Source: Gemmata obscuriglobus (GTDB taxonomy: Bacteria > Planctomycetota > Planctomycetia > Gemmatales > Gemmataceae). Taken from it: a stretch of 32,000 nt of DNA. The position numbers and the translations under genes were made by a program. How positions within the stretch are numbered: position 1 is the stretch's first letter; each line of letters opens with the position of its first letter. Below, in pieces: positions 1 through 7,724 of the stretch. The notes beneath the pieces are model-generated. The model did not search any database, was not told where the DNA came from, and saw only the letters and a list, made by a program, of their open reading frames with translations. The stretch is from assembly GCF_008065095.1 (NCBI RefSeq), contig NZ_CP042911.1:5730001-5762000 (forward strand), read 5' to 3'.

Positions 1-110
1 CCCTTGATGCCGATGAGCGCGGTGAACAGCGCCAGCACAGCGGCGAAGCCGATCCACGGTCCCGCCGGGAGCTTGAACGCGGTGGAAGCAGGCGCAGGAG
101 AGGTTGCCAT
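1..110 (-). CDS. Sugar ABC transporter permease, N-terminal 36 codons only; the gene continues past the left edge of the window
   Basis: Manual reverse-complement of 1-110 gives ATG (110-108) followed by MATSPAPASTAFKLPAGPWIGFAAVLALFTALIGIKG. This is a short polar leader followed by a hydrophobic helix. It lies directly downstream of the ABC ATPase once the IS at 119-1375 is removed. It is too short to appear in the ORF track. Confidence 0.45.
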   Translation of the reverse strand, partial: MATSPAPASTAFKLPAGPWIGFAAVLALFTALIGIK

Positions 111-118
111 CGGTACTT

Positions 119-1375
119 CAGTAGTTTCAAGTTGGCGGCTTGGTTTTGTTGGCCGATCGTGCAGTAGTAATGGACTTATTTTCGCCATCTGTAGGTGCCA
201 GCCCATCGGCCAACAGTATCAGGCATACCGCCGCCAGTGTCCACCCGAGGCCGCGGGCTGAGCGGGACCACAACCAGGCGTTACGCAGGATCAGCCCGAC
301 GGCGACCCACAGGAGTCGCACGACCCCATCGGTGGTCGAGGTCCGGGGCCGAACCTGCCCCAACTGGCGGTAGCTGCTCTCGATCCCGAATCGGGTCCGG
401 TACAGGTCCCGAATCGCCACCGGGCTCCCGCTCACCCGCCACGCCGCGTACAGTAACTTCTTGCTCCGCCGGCCCCCGGTCCGCCGGTACCGGTAGCTCT
501 TGTGAGCGATCACCACGTGCACCCGCACCGAGGTGCCCCGATCCGCGTGGGTGTACGCATATCGACCCGCGCCCCGCCGCCGCACGGCCCGCAACCCGAC
601 CCCCTTCACCCCGGGCCGGGGCTTGCGGCCCCGGACCACGGCCGGGATCACGAACGGCACACCCCGCGCCTGGAGCAACCGCATCACCGCGATCGAGAAG
701 AACGCCTTGTCCAGCAGCGCGACCCGGACCGTAACCCGTGCCGCCGTCACCTGATCCAACAGCCGGGTGAGCACCGCGGTCATCGGCTCCTTCTCGCCCA
801 CGGCCGTCAACCCGAGCGTGTACCGGTCCGGTCCCCCGACGAGGCACGCGGTGGCGTACGTGTGGAACGTGTGGGTGCCGCCGGCCCCCTTGGACCGGGT
901 GGTGTCCCGGTTCGGCGTCCCGAAGTACCCGATCCGGTGGTAGTCGATCGCGACCCGAGCCGCCCGCTTCCGCTTGCCGAGCGGGGCGTGGAGGGCCGGC
1001 CGCAACCGCCGCTCGAGGGTGCGGCGCCGCTTGGGCAGCGTGAGGTACAAGCAATCCCAGATGGCCTGCCCGGACGGGGCGTCGGCGATCGCGGCACAGG
1101 CCGCGGCCACCGAGCGGGCGAACGCCGCGGCGAACAGCACCACCCGCCACACCACCTCGGGTGTACAGGTGCGGCGACGCTTGGGCAGTTGGACCGCACG
1201 GCCGAGCCAGTCGGTCAGGACCGGACGGAGGTGCCGGGTGGCGTGGGCCGGGGTGGCTCGGATAGACTGACGTTTGGGTCGCATGGGGGCTCCGACAGTG
1301 GAGGCGTGGTAACCACCATTGACCGGTAAACCCATGCGGCCCGCTACTCATAAATCGCCCAACTTGAAACTACTG
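119..1375 (-). mobile_element. Complete insertion sequence of the IS4-superfamily (ISH3-like), 1257 bp
   Basis: Perfect 17-bp terminal inverted repeats: CAGTAGTTTCAAGTTGG at 119-135 and its reverse complement at 1359-1375. They are flanked by a direct 5-bp duplication, TACTT, at 114-118 and 1376-1380. A single transposase ORF fills the element. Confidence 0.85.
127..1335 (-). CDS. DDE transposase, IS4/ISH3-like
   Basis: The 402-aa ORF carries a YRTRFGIESSYRQ segment matching the Y-x2-R-x3-E signature of IS4-type transposases, and it has a basic N-terminus. An alternative ATG lies at 1284. The stop falls inside the left IR. Confidence 0.85.
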   Translation of the reverse strand: MGLPVNGGYHASTVGAPMRPKRQSIRATPAHATRHLRPVLTDWLGRAVQLPKRRRTCTPEVVWRVVLFAAAFARSVAAACAAIADAPSGQAIWDCLYLTLPKRRRTLERRLRPALHAPLGKRKRAARVAIDYHRIGYFGTPNRDTTRSKGAGGTHTFHTYATACLVGGPDRYTLGLTAVGEKEPMTAVLTRLLDQVTAARVTVRVALLDKAFFSIAVMRLLQARGVPFVIPAVVRGRKPRPGVKGVGLRAVRRRGAGRYAYTHADRGTSVRVHVVIAHKSYRYRRTGGRRSKKLLYAAWRVSGSPVAIRDLYRTRFGIESSYRQLGQVRPRTSTTDGVVRLLWVAVGLILRNAWLWSRSARGLGWTLAAVCLILLADGLAPTDGENKSITTARSANKTKPPT

Positions 1376-1396
1376 TACTTCGTTTGAGAGAACGCG

Positions 1397-2884
1397 TTAC
1401 GGGTTCCCGGTCGCGGTCGCGATGACCGCTTCCGGTGTCCATTCGGAAACGGGGCGCACGGCCGAGAGCCGGCCGCGGGTCATCACCGCGAGGGTGTCAC
1501 ACACGCCGAACAGTTCCGGCAGGTAGCTGCTCACCACCAGAACCGCCTTGCCACTCGCCGCGGCCTCGCCGATGAGGCGGTAAATGTCGGACTTGCTGCC
1601 GACATCCACGCCCTTCGTTGGCTCGTCGAGCAGCAGTACGTCGGCACGCTGGTGGAACAGCCGAGCCAGCGCGACCTTCTGCTGGTTCCCGCCGCTCAAT
1701 TCACCGACCGGCTGCCCCGCATCGCGGAACTTCACCCCGAACCGGTTCAGTACCTCACCGACCGCCGCACTCAGACGCGACCGCGACAGGAAGCCGGCGC
1801 GGGCGCCTTCGTCGAGCCGACTGAGAGCGACGTTGTCCGCGATCGGTAGCTCCAGCGCCAGGCCCTCCGTCTTGCGGTCCTCGCTGACGAACCCGAGCCC
1901 CTGCCGAATACGATCGCGCGGCGTCGCCTGCCCTCCGCCGAAGGCACCAATTCTGACGCGCCCGGAGCGAACCGGATCGAGCCCGTACACCGCCCGAAGG
2001 AGTTCCGTGCGGCCCGATCCGATGATCCCGGCCACACCAAGAATCTCACCGCGACGCAGGTGGAGCGAAACGCCGGCGGGCAGTTGCTCGCCCGCCAGAT
2101 CGGTGAGCGCCAGCACGGGGCCACCGATGTCGTGCGCGGTGCGCGGGTACTGCTCCGCAACCGCTCGCCCGACCATCAGTTCCACGATCCGCTCGCGCGT
2201 GACTTCGCCCACCCGGCCGCTGCCGACGGCCTCGCCGTCGCGAAGCACCGTGAACCGGTCCGCAACCGCCTCGACCTCTTCGAGGAAGTGGCTGATGTAA
2301 ACGACCGTTACCCCCTTCGCCTTCAGCGCCCGGATCAGTTCGAACAGGTGTTTGGCGTCTTCCTGACTGAGAGCGCTGGTCGGTTCGTCGAGGACGAGAA
2401 CCTTGACATCCGACAACAGGGCACGGGCTATCTCGACCACCTGGCGTCCGGCGGGTGAAAGCGTTGCGACGGGCGTGTCCGGGCTGATCTCGGGGTGACC
2501 GAGTTGCGCGAGGGCGGCGACGACCCGCGTGCGGTTCGCCTCGCCCGTCAGGAAGCCGAAAACGTTTCGCTCCTGCCCGAGCGTGACGTTGGCCTCGACT
2601 GTCAGGTCCGGGCAGATCGCGAGTTCCTGGTAGATCATCACGACGCCGCGCTGGCGCGCGGCGTGCGGCCCGGTGGGAAGGTATGCCGTGCCGTCCAGTT
2701 CCATCGTGCCGGCGTCGGGCCGTTCGGCCCCGCTGAGCACCTTCATGAGGGTCGACTTACCGGCCCCGTTCTCACCGACGAGCGCGTGAACCTCACCCGG
2801 CAGCAGTTCGAGGTCCACCCCGCGGAGCGCGGCGGTGGGGCCATAGCTCTTGCGGATGCCGGTGAGCCGGAAGCGCGGCGCCAT
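1397..2884 (-). CDS. Sugar (ribose/galactoside-type) ABC transporter ATP-binding protein with two ABC domains
   Basis: Walker A GENGAGKST is present, with LSGGNQQKV and LSPAGRQ signature-like motifs and LLLDEPT / LVLDEPT Walker B motifs in the two halves. I place the start at the ATG at 2884 (MAPRFRLTGIRKSYG). The 60 upstream codons in the ORF track are Cys/Arg-rich and cover an intergenic hairpin region. Confidence 0.92.
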   Translation of the reverse strand: MAPRFRLTGIRKSYGPTAALRGVDLELLPGEVHALVGENGAGKSTLMKVLSGAERPDAGTMELDGTAYLPTGPHAARQRGVVMIYQELAICPDLTVEANVTLGQERNVFGFLTGEANRTRVVAALAQLGHPEISPDTPVATLSPAGRQVVEIARALLSDVKVLVLDEPTSALSQEDAKHLFELIRALKAKGVTVVYISHFLEEVEAVADRFTVLRDGEAVGSGRVGEVTRERIVELMVGRAVAEQYPRTAHDIGGPVLALTDLAGEQLPAGVSLHLRRGEILGVAGIIGSGRTELLRAVYGLDPVRSGRVRIGAFGGGQATPRDRIRQGLGFVSEDRKTEGLALELPIADNVALSRLDEGARAGFLSRSRLSAAVGEVLNRFGVKFRDAGQPVGELSGGNQQKVALARLFHQRADVLLLDEPTKGVDVGSKSDIYRLIGEAAASGKAVLVVSSYLPELFGVCDTLAVMTRGRLSAVRPVSEWTPEAVIATATGNP

Positions 2885-3005
2885 GCGAAGAACCCCTCTT
2901 CCCCGCCCCCTGGCGGGGAGGAACTTGAAACCAAGGGCGAGTCCGGCGCGATCTCTGGGAACGCGACAGCACAGCAACCATGGCTGTTGTTTTTGGCACA
3001 GCAGC

Positions 3006-3052
3006 CCTGTCTGTGCCGCCACCAGCACCGCACAGACAGGAATGTCTGTGCC
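3006..3052. repeat. Cluster of inverted and direct repeats able to form mutually exclusive hairpins, in the intercistronic region between the binding-protein and ATPase genes
   Basis: CCTGTCTGTGC (3006-3016) is the exact reverse complement of GCACAGACAGG (3030-3040). TGTCTGTGCC (3043-3052) is a direct copy of 3008-3017 and can pair with 3030-3038 instead. GGCACAG at 2995-3001 is a further partial inverted copy. Confidence 0.5.
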
Positions 3053-3109
3053 ACAAGATAACAAACACGACTAACCGGAGCGGGTACGAGGAACAGTTCT
3101 TCCCCCCCC

Positions 3110-4159
3110 TTATTTCTTCGGCCCCTTCCGCAGTTCTTCCGTCGTCCGGCGTGCCTGGGCCTCCGGGTCGTACAGCCCGAGCGTGAACGCTGAGGTCACG
3201 TTCTCCGCCGTGATCAGATACTCTCCGGTCCCCTCGCTCATTTCCCGGCGCCCGTTGTTCATGTCCTCGCCGCGCAAGTGCCGCACACAGTACCACGCCG
3301 ACAGATACCCCATTCGGTACGGGTCTTGAAGAATGCTGCCGATAACGTCGCCCTGCTGGATCGACTGGAGCAGCGGTTTGCTCCCGTCGAACGCCATCAG
3401 TGCCACCTTCTGGTTCAGCCCCTGTGCCCGTAGAACATCGGCGGTGCCCGACGCCGACGATTCGTTCGGCGCGAAGATGCCGTCCACTTGGTTCCCGAAC
3501 TGGAGGATCAATGGCCCGGCCTCGCGCATCGCGGAGTCGCGAGTGGCACCGGCGTACTTGTCGGTGGAGAGCCACTCCGCCCCGGGGCAACGCTCCTTCA
3601 CCTCGTCCTCGAAGCCCCGCTCACGGTCTTCCGTGGCCTGTGATCCGACCGCGTACCGGAAGAGGATGAGTTTCGGCTTATCCTTACGGCGCCGCTGGAG
3701 CTCGCGGATCAGGTGCCGGCCCGCCAGTCGGCCGCCGTTGTAGTTGTCGGTGGCGACGTACTTGACAAAGTGGTTCGGGTCGTCCAGCCCCGAATCGATG
3801 ATGACCACCGGGACGCCGGCGTCCGCCGCCCGCTTCACACACGCGGTCATGGTCGCGCTGTGCTGCGGGGCGAGCACCAGCGCGCTCGCCCCCGTCGCCA
3901 CGCGGCGGTCCACGATCCGGATCTGTTCGAGGGCGTCGCGCTCGCGCAGCGGGCCGTCGAAGATCACGCGGACCCGCGTGCCGTCCTCGGCTTCCAGGTC
4001 GGCGGCGCAGCGTTCGGCGCCCCGTCGCACCGACTGCCAGTGTTCGTGCGACAGGCCCTTCGGGATCACGACGATCGTGTACTCCTCCCCCCGCCGGGCG
4101 CAGCCGGACGCGATCGGAAGCACGGCCGCCAGCAGGAGATAGAGGTGAACACGCGCCAT
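3110..4159 (-). CDS. Sugar ABC transporter substrate-binding lipoprotein (type-1 periplasmic binding protein, RbsB-like)
   Basis: The N-terminus MARVHLYLLLAAVLPIASGC has a lipobox-like IASGC. The body resembles ribose/galactose-binding proteins (VVIPKG, VPVVIIDSG, ATDNYNGG, MAFDG). It sits upstream of the ABC ATPase on the same strand. Confidence 0.85.
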   Translation of the reverse strand: MARVHLYLLLAAVLPIASGCARRGEEYTIVVIPKGLSHEHWQSVRRGAERCAADLEAEDGTRVRVIFDGPLRERDALEQIRIVDRRVATGASALVLAPQHSATMTACVKRAADAGVPVVIIDSGLDDPNHFVKYVATDNYNGGRLAGRHLIRELQRRRKDKPKLILFRYAVGSQATEDRERGFEDEVKERCPGAEWLSTDKYAGATRDSAMREAGPLILQFGNQVDGIFAPNESSASGTADVLRAQGLNQKVALMAFDGSKPLLQSIQQGDVIGSILQDPYRMGYLSAWYCVRHLRGEDMNNGRREMSEGTGEYLITAENVTSAFTLGLYDPEAQARRTTEELRKGPKK

Positions 4160-4190
4160 CGGGTTTCCAGGGAGAGGGTGCGAAGAGCGT

Positions 4191-5440
4191 CAGGGCCTTT
4201 CCTTGATTCACTCTACGTAACTCCGATAAGTCCCTTGGCCATTGCCGGGTCCATCTGGAGCCGCTCGATCGCCTCCGGGCAACTCACCGCCTTGACCTCA
4301 CGCCACAGGTGCACCACGGCGTTCCGCAACGCCGCCAGCACCTGTGGTGCGTGCCCCATGCGCACACGACACACGTCCTCGCCCAGTGTCACGTCACGCA
4401 CGTAATGCAGTTCGTTCTCGATGCGCCAGTGCGTCCGCACATGGTTCAGGAGTGTGGCCGCATCCGCCTTCTCGGCCGACAGGCTCGTGATGCCGAAATG
4501 CACTTCGACCGTCGTTTGGCCTCGGACCGTCCGCTCACGCGTCAACTGGAAGCCCTGCTTCACCCCCGCCCACGTCGGCGAGCACGTCAGAATCGAGGTC
4601 GTTTGCAGCGTCCGCTTCTCGATGCGGCCGTGACCCTTATCGACGGTCGTGGCGATGCGGCTCGGGGCGGGCGGAGGCCGATCCCCAGGGGGAAGTGGCC
4701 GCCGCGATCGATCGGGCGGCGGTCTCGAAGGCGAACCCGGCTCGGATGTCGATCCCCAATCCGGGTTGGTTGTCCTTCACCGTGAGCACGTAGTCGCCGC
4801 CGGCCCCGACCACCTCCTCGGCCAGGTCTCGCTGGCAGAACATGGCGTCGCCGACCACGACCTTCCCTCGCAGCGGCAGAATGCCGAGGAGCGTCAAGGC
4901 GGCCTTGTGCCCGTTGGTGCTCGCATCGACCTTGACCTGGGCGAGTACGGCACCGACGGTGGGGGCGTATGCGGCCAGCAGGTGCTGACCGGGGATCGCG
5001 CCGTTGCGAGAGCCTCGAAGGGTCTTGCCGTCGATGGAGATGTGTGTGAAGGCGGCCGGGTCGACGCGGCTGGCGATCCAGTACGAGAGGACGTGCTCCA
5101 GTTGGTCGGCGTCGAAGCGTCGCAGGGTGCGGGAGAGCGTGGAAACGGCCGGGGTCTTGCCGCGTCGGAAGCCGAGGGCATGGGCGAGGGCGGGTCCGTG
5201 CTGTCGCCCGAAGCGAGCGATGCCATTGAGGCTGGTGCGCCCCATGAGCATGGCGAGGGCGACGAGTCCGAGGAAGGGGGCGAGTGGGTGGATAAGGCCG
5301 TGCTTGCTGCGGGGATCGGGAACCGCCGCCAGGGCATCGACCAGGGTGCAAGGAGACATGGGTACCTTCCTGGCTGCGAGAAGGCGCCCCACATAGCCAC
5401 GTTCCCTCGTGTAAGCAAGGTGAAATAAGGAAAGGCCCTG
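4191..5440 (-). mobile_element. ISAs1-family insertion sequence, 1250 bp, with a frameshifted transposase
   Basis: Terminal inverted repeats start with CAGGG: CAGGGCCTTTCCTTGATTCAC at 4191-4211, versus the reverse complement of 5420-5440, CAGGGCCTTTCCTTATTTCAC (19 of 21 identical). A perfect 10-bp direct duplication, CGAAGAGCGT, is present at 4181-4190 and 5441-5450. Confidence 0.85.
4213..5359 (-). pseudogene. ISAs1-family (H-repeat-associated type) transposase, split by a frameshift near 4640-4700
   Basis: The N-terminal part (4637-5359, MSPCTLVDALAAVPDPRSKHG ... VLTVKDNQPGL) and the C-terminal part are in different reading frames. The C-terminal frame reads TTVDKGHGRIEKRTLQTTS ... THWRIENELHYVRDVTLGEDVCRVR from about 4650 down to 4213. 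ISAs1 transposases are normally encoded by one ORF. Confidence 0.8.
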
Positions 5441-5532
5441 CGAAGAGCGTAAACGCCCGGTGAGGCCGGGTCAAGTTGCTATCGCCGTGGAGTCGATAGA
5501 CCTGCGTTAGCGCCACCGCGAGAACCGAAACC

Positions 5533-6168
5533 GTGCCGCCCGAGCAGCCGCCGATCAACCTGATTCGCGTGTTCGACTTCTACGTCACGCTGATGTTCGT
5601 CATCAGCCTCGTGCGCCGCTGGGACGTGTACCTCAACGCGGTCCGCATCCTGATCGGCGTGCAGGGCCGGTGGCCCAAACTCATCGCGCGGCTGTCCGAG
5701 CACAGCAGCCTCATCTTGAACTGGTCCTTCTTCCGGCCCGCCCTCTTGGCCCTGGTGCTAACCCTCGTTCAGCTCCTCTTCTCGCGGCTCATTTTCCCCT
5801 TGGCGGTGCTCACCGGCCCGCAGCTCCAACGGGAGTGGTGGTGGGTGCCGGTCGTCCTCGTCCCGCTCCTGCCGATGCTGGCGGTGGACATCTACTTCGT
5901 AGTGCGGGTGAGCAAATTTGATCACGATGAGACGGTCAAGTACCTGGACCAGGCCGAAACGTGGCTCGGCTGGAAAGGTCCGCTAGTCCGGGCGGTCACC
6001 CTGGGCTTCGTCGACCCGTACAAGATGGTCGACGAAGAGGTGAAAAAGAGCCTTGAGGGCTACCGCACCACGCTCAACGCCTCACTGTGGTGGGTCGCGG
6101 TGCAGATCGGCCTGCGGTTACTGTTCGGCCTTACACTCTGGATCGTATGGGCAATTCACAGCTACTAA
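5533..6168 (+). CDS. Hypothetical multi-pass membrane protein
   Basis: A 211-aa ORF with a GTG start, several hydrophobic helices (FYVTLMFVISLV, ALLALVLTLVQLLF, VPVVLVPLLPMLAVDIYFVV, LWWVAVQIGLRLLFGLTLWIVWAI) and GC-typical codon usage. I recognise no family. Confidence 0.6.
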   Translation: MPPEQPPINLIRVFDFYVTLMFVISLVRRWDVYLNAVRILIGVQGRWPKLIARLSEHSSLILNWSFFRPALLALVLTLVQLLFSRLIFPLAVLTGPQLQREWWWVPVVLVPLLPMLAVDIYFVVRVSKFDHDETVKYLDQAETWLGWKGPLVRAVTLGFVDPYKMVDEEVKKSLEGYRTTLNASLWWVAVQIGLRLLFGLTLWIVWAIHSY

Positions 6169-6324
6169 ACCTTACACGACAAGCAGCGGCACAACGAAAA
6201 GATACAAATTCAATCGATAAACAATTCAGACAAAATATCATTGTCACTAACGGATTTCTGGAGGCATGGCAAGAGATTCTATCTCCGGTTGTGATTTCCC
6301 TTCCGCGGTCGAATTGGATCGGTC

Positions 6325-6722
6325 ATGGACGACCTGATTTGGTTCTGTTGGCTCAACACGGATTGCCCGGACCACGGGAAGTGGAACTATGGTAACCGGA
6401 CCGTGCCGGCCCATCACGGGCCGAACCGGACGCGGGTACTGCGCGACCGCATGTGCAAGGTCCGGTTTTCCGAACGTAAGGGCACGCCCCTGTCTGACGC
6501 CCGGCTCCCGGCCAACCAAGTGGTTGCGGTTCTGGTCCATGAGGCCAAAGGCGTCGGCCCCCGCAAGACGGCGCGGCTCACCGGGGGCACGCGAATACCG
6601 TGACCCGATACATCCGCCGGGCCGGGTCGCACACCCGCGACCTCCACGACGAGCGCGTGGCCTTTTCCCCCGAGGGCCGTGAGGTCCTGTTCGACGAGAA
6701 GTGGGGCTTCGTGGGCCGCAAG
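6325..6722 (+). pseudogene. IS1-family transposase remnant: an InsA-like zinc-finger/HTH ORF plus the first part of an InsB-like ORF in the -1 frame, truncated at about 6722
   Basis: The 92-aa ORF contains NTDCPDHGK ... MCKVRFSERKGTP (Cys/His zinc-finger-like) followed by an HTH-like segment. The next frame reads VLFDEKWGFVGRK, resembling the IS1 InsB segment MDEQWGYVGAK. The similarity stops abruptly where an ISAzo13-like sequence begins. Confidence 0.55.
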
Positions 6723-6723
6723 A

Positions 6724-7085
6724 TTCCAGATCGAGTTGGACAACGGTCCGGAGGTCGCCAGCTCGCGGACGCAGTTCATGAGTCGGTTGGTGGAATCCGT
6801 GGACCGCCACCGTGTGGAGGTCGAACGGGTGTACCTGCCACCGCACCACAGCAAGTACAACCCGGTCGAGCGGTGCTGGGGCGTCTTGGAACAACACTGG
6901 AACGGAACCCTTCGCAGTGGGCGGGGAGCATGACCCGGCGGAAGTTCCACCCGTTGATCCGCGAGATCACCGCGACGTACGAACGCGGCATGCGCTTGAC
7001 GAAGGCAGCGTTCCGCCCGTTCGCACAGCGGTTGAGTCGGTCCCAAAGCCTCCCGAAGTGGAGCCTCTGCATCCAGCCACAATGA
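6724..7085 (+). pseudogene. ISAzo13-family transposase, 3' fragment, frameshifted
   Basis: FQIELDNGPEVASSRTQFMSRLVESVDRHRVEVERVYLPPHHSKYNPVERCWGVLEQHWNGTL matches the conserved ISAzo13 catalytic C-terminal region. After a frame change it continues as WAGSMT...ITATYERGMRLTKAAF...LPKWSLCIQPQ. The N-terminal two thirds of the transposase are missing. Confidence 0.7.
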
Positions 7086-7185
7086 CGAGTAACTCGGTTT
7101 CACGCCACTGCCCAATGCCTCGCGGTGACGTTCGCATGGCGAGCGGCTACTGTGAGAGAACACCCTAAACTCACGCGCAACACTC

Positions 7186-7650
7186 ATGCTGTACGAAGGC
7201 GACTTCTCTTCCCCTCCCGGACGGTTCGTGCTGGTCGCGGCCCGGTTTAACGGCTTCATTGTCGATCAACTCGTTTCCGGCGCGAGTGACGCGCTGCACC
7301 GTCACGGCGTCGGCCCCGATCGCATCGACCTCGTGCGCGTTCCGGGTTCTTACGAGATCCCGCTCGTCGCACAGAAACTCGGCCGGAGCGGTGAGTACGC
7401 GGCCGTGATCTGCCTCGGCTGCGTGATCCGCGGCGACACCGACCACTACGACCACGTCGCCGGTGCCACCACGAGTGGTATCGCCCAAGCCGGGCTCAAC
7501 AGCGGCGTGCCGGTGATCTTCGGTGTGCTGACGTGCGACACGCTGGAGCAGGCGATCCACCGCGCCGGGGCGAAGGCCGGGAACAAGGGTTTCGAGGCGG
7601 CCGTGTGCGCGATCGAAATGGTCAACCTGCTCCACAAGCTACCGGGCTGA
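7186..7650 (+). CDS. ribH: 6,7-dimethyl-8-ribityllumazine synthase
   Basis: A 154-aa protein with FVLVAARFNGFIVDQL, VPGSYEIPL, ICLGCVIRGDTDHYD, VIFGVLT and KAGNKGFEAA. All are characteristic lumazine synthase segments. Confidence 0.95.
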   Translation: MLYEGDFSSPPGRFVLVAARFNGFIVDQLVSGASDALHRHGVGPDRIDLVRVPGSYEIPLVAQKLGRSGEYAAVICLGCVIRGDTDHYDHVAGATTSGIAQAGLNSGVPVIFGVLTCDTLEQAIHRAGAKAGNKGFEAAVCAIEMVNLLHKLPG

Positions 7651-7724
7651 ACCGAGGCCTGCACAGATGCACGCCGCCGAAACGAATCCGGACCTGGAGG
7701 CTCTCTGATGGCGGCGAGCGCCTG

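Noticed and set aside
281-1351. Long ORFs overlapping the IS transposase in other frames and strands: 281-1351 (-), 502-1329 (+) and 195-734 (+).
   Set aside because: They are Arg/Pro/Gly-rich translations with no motifs and fully overlap a recognisable transposase frame. This is the typical open-frame artefact of high-GC DNA.
3035-3056. A sigma54-like element on the minus strand: TGGCAC-N5-TTCCT.
   Set aside because: The -12 element lacks the essential GC dinucleotide (TTCC instead of TTGC). The TGGCAC is part of the repeated GGCACAGACA unit, so the match is probably incidental.
2885-3064. The N-terminal 60-codon extension of the ABC ATPase ORF, from the track start at 3064.
   Set aside because: The extension is Cys/Arg-rich and covers the hairpin-rich intergenic region. 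A canonical ABC N-terminus begins at the ATG at 2884.
4587-5558. The 323-aa ORF (-) and the 259-aa ORF (+) overlapping the ISAs1 transposase.
   Set aside because: They are alternative-frame or antisense translations with low-complexity Arg/Pro/Gly content. The ISAs1 frame explains the region.
7086-7185. A possible FMN (RFN) riboswitch upstream of ribH.
   Set aside because: Only about 100 nt are available, and I could not find the conserved RFN core segments. The region is more likely the tail of the IS remnant plus a short leader.
6247-7259. The minus-strand ORFs 6247-6897 (216 aa) and 6414-7259 (281 aa).
   Set aside because: They are antisense to recognisable IS1-like and ISAzo13-like coding remnants and contain no motifs.
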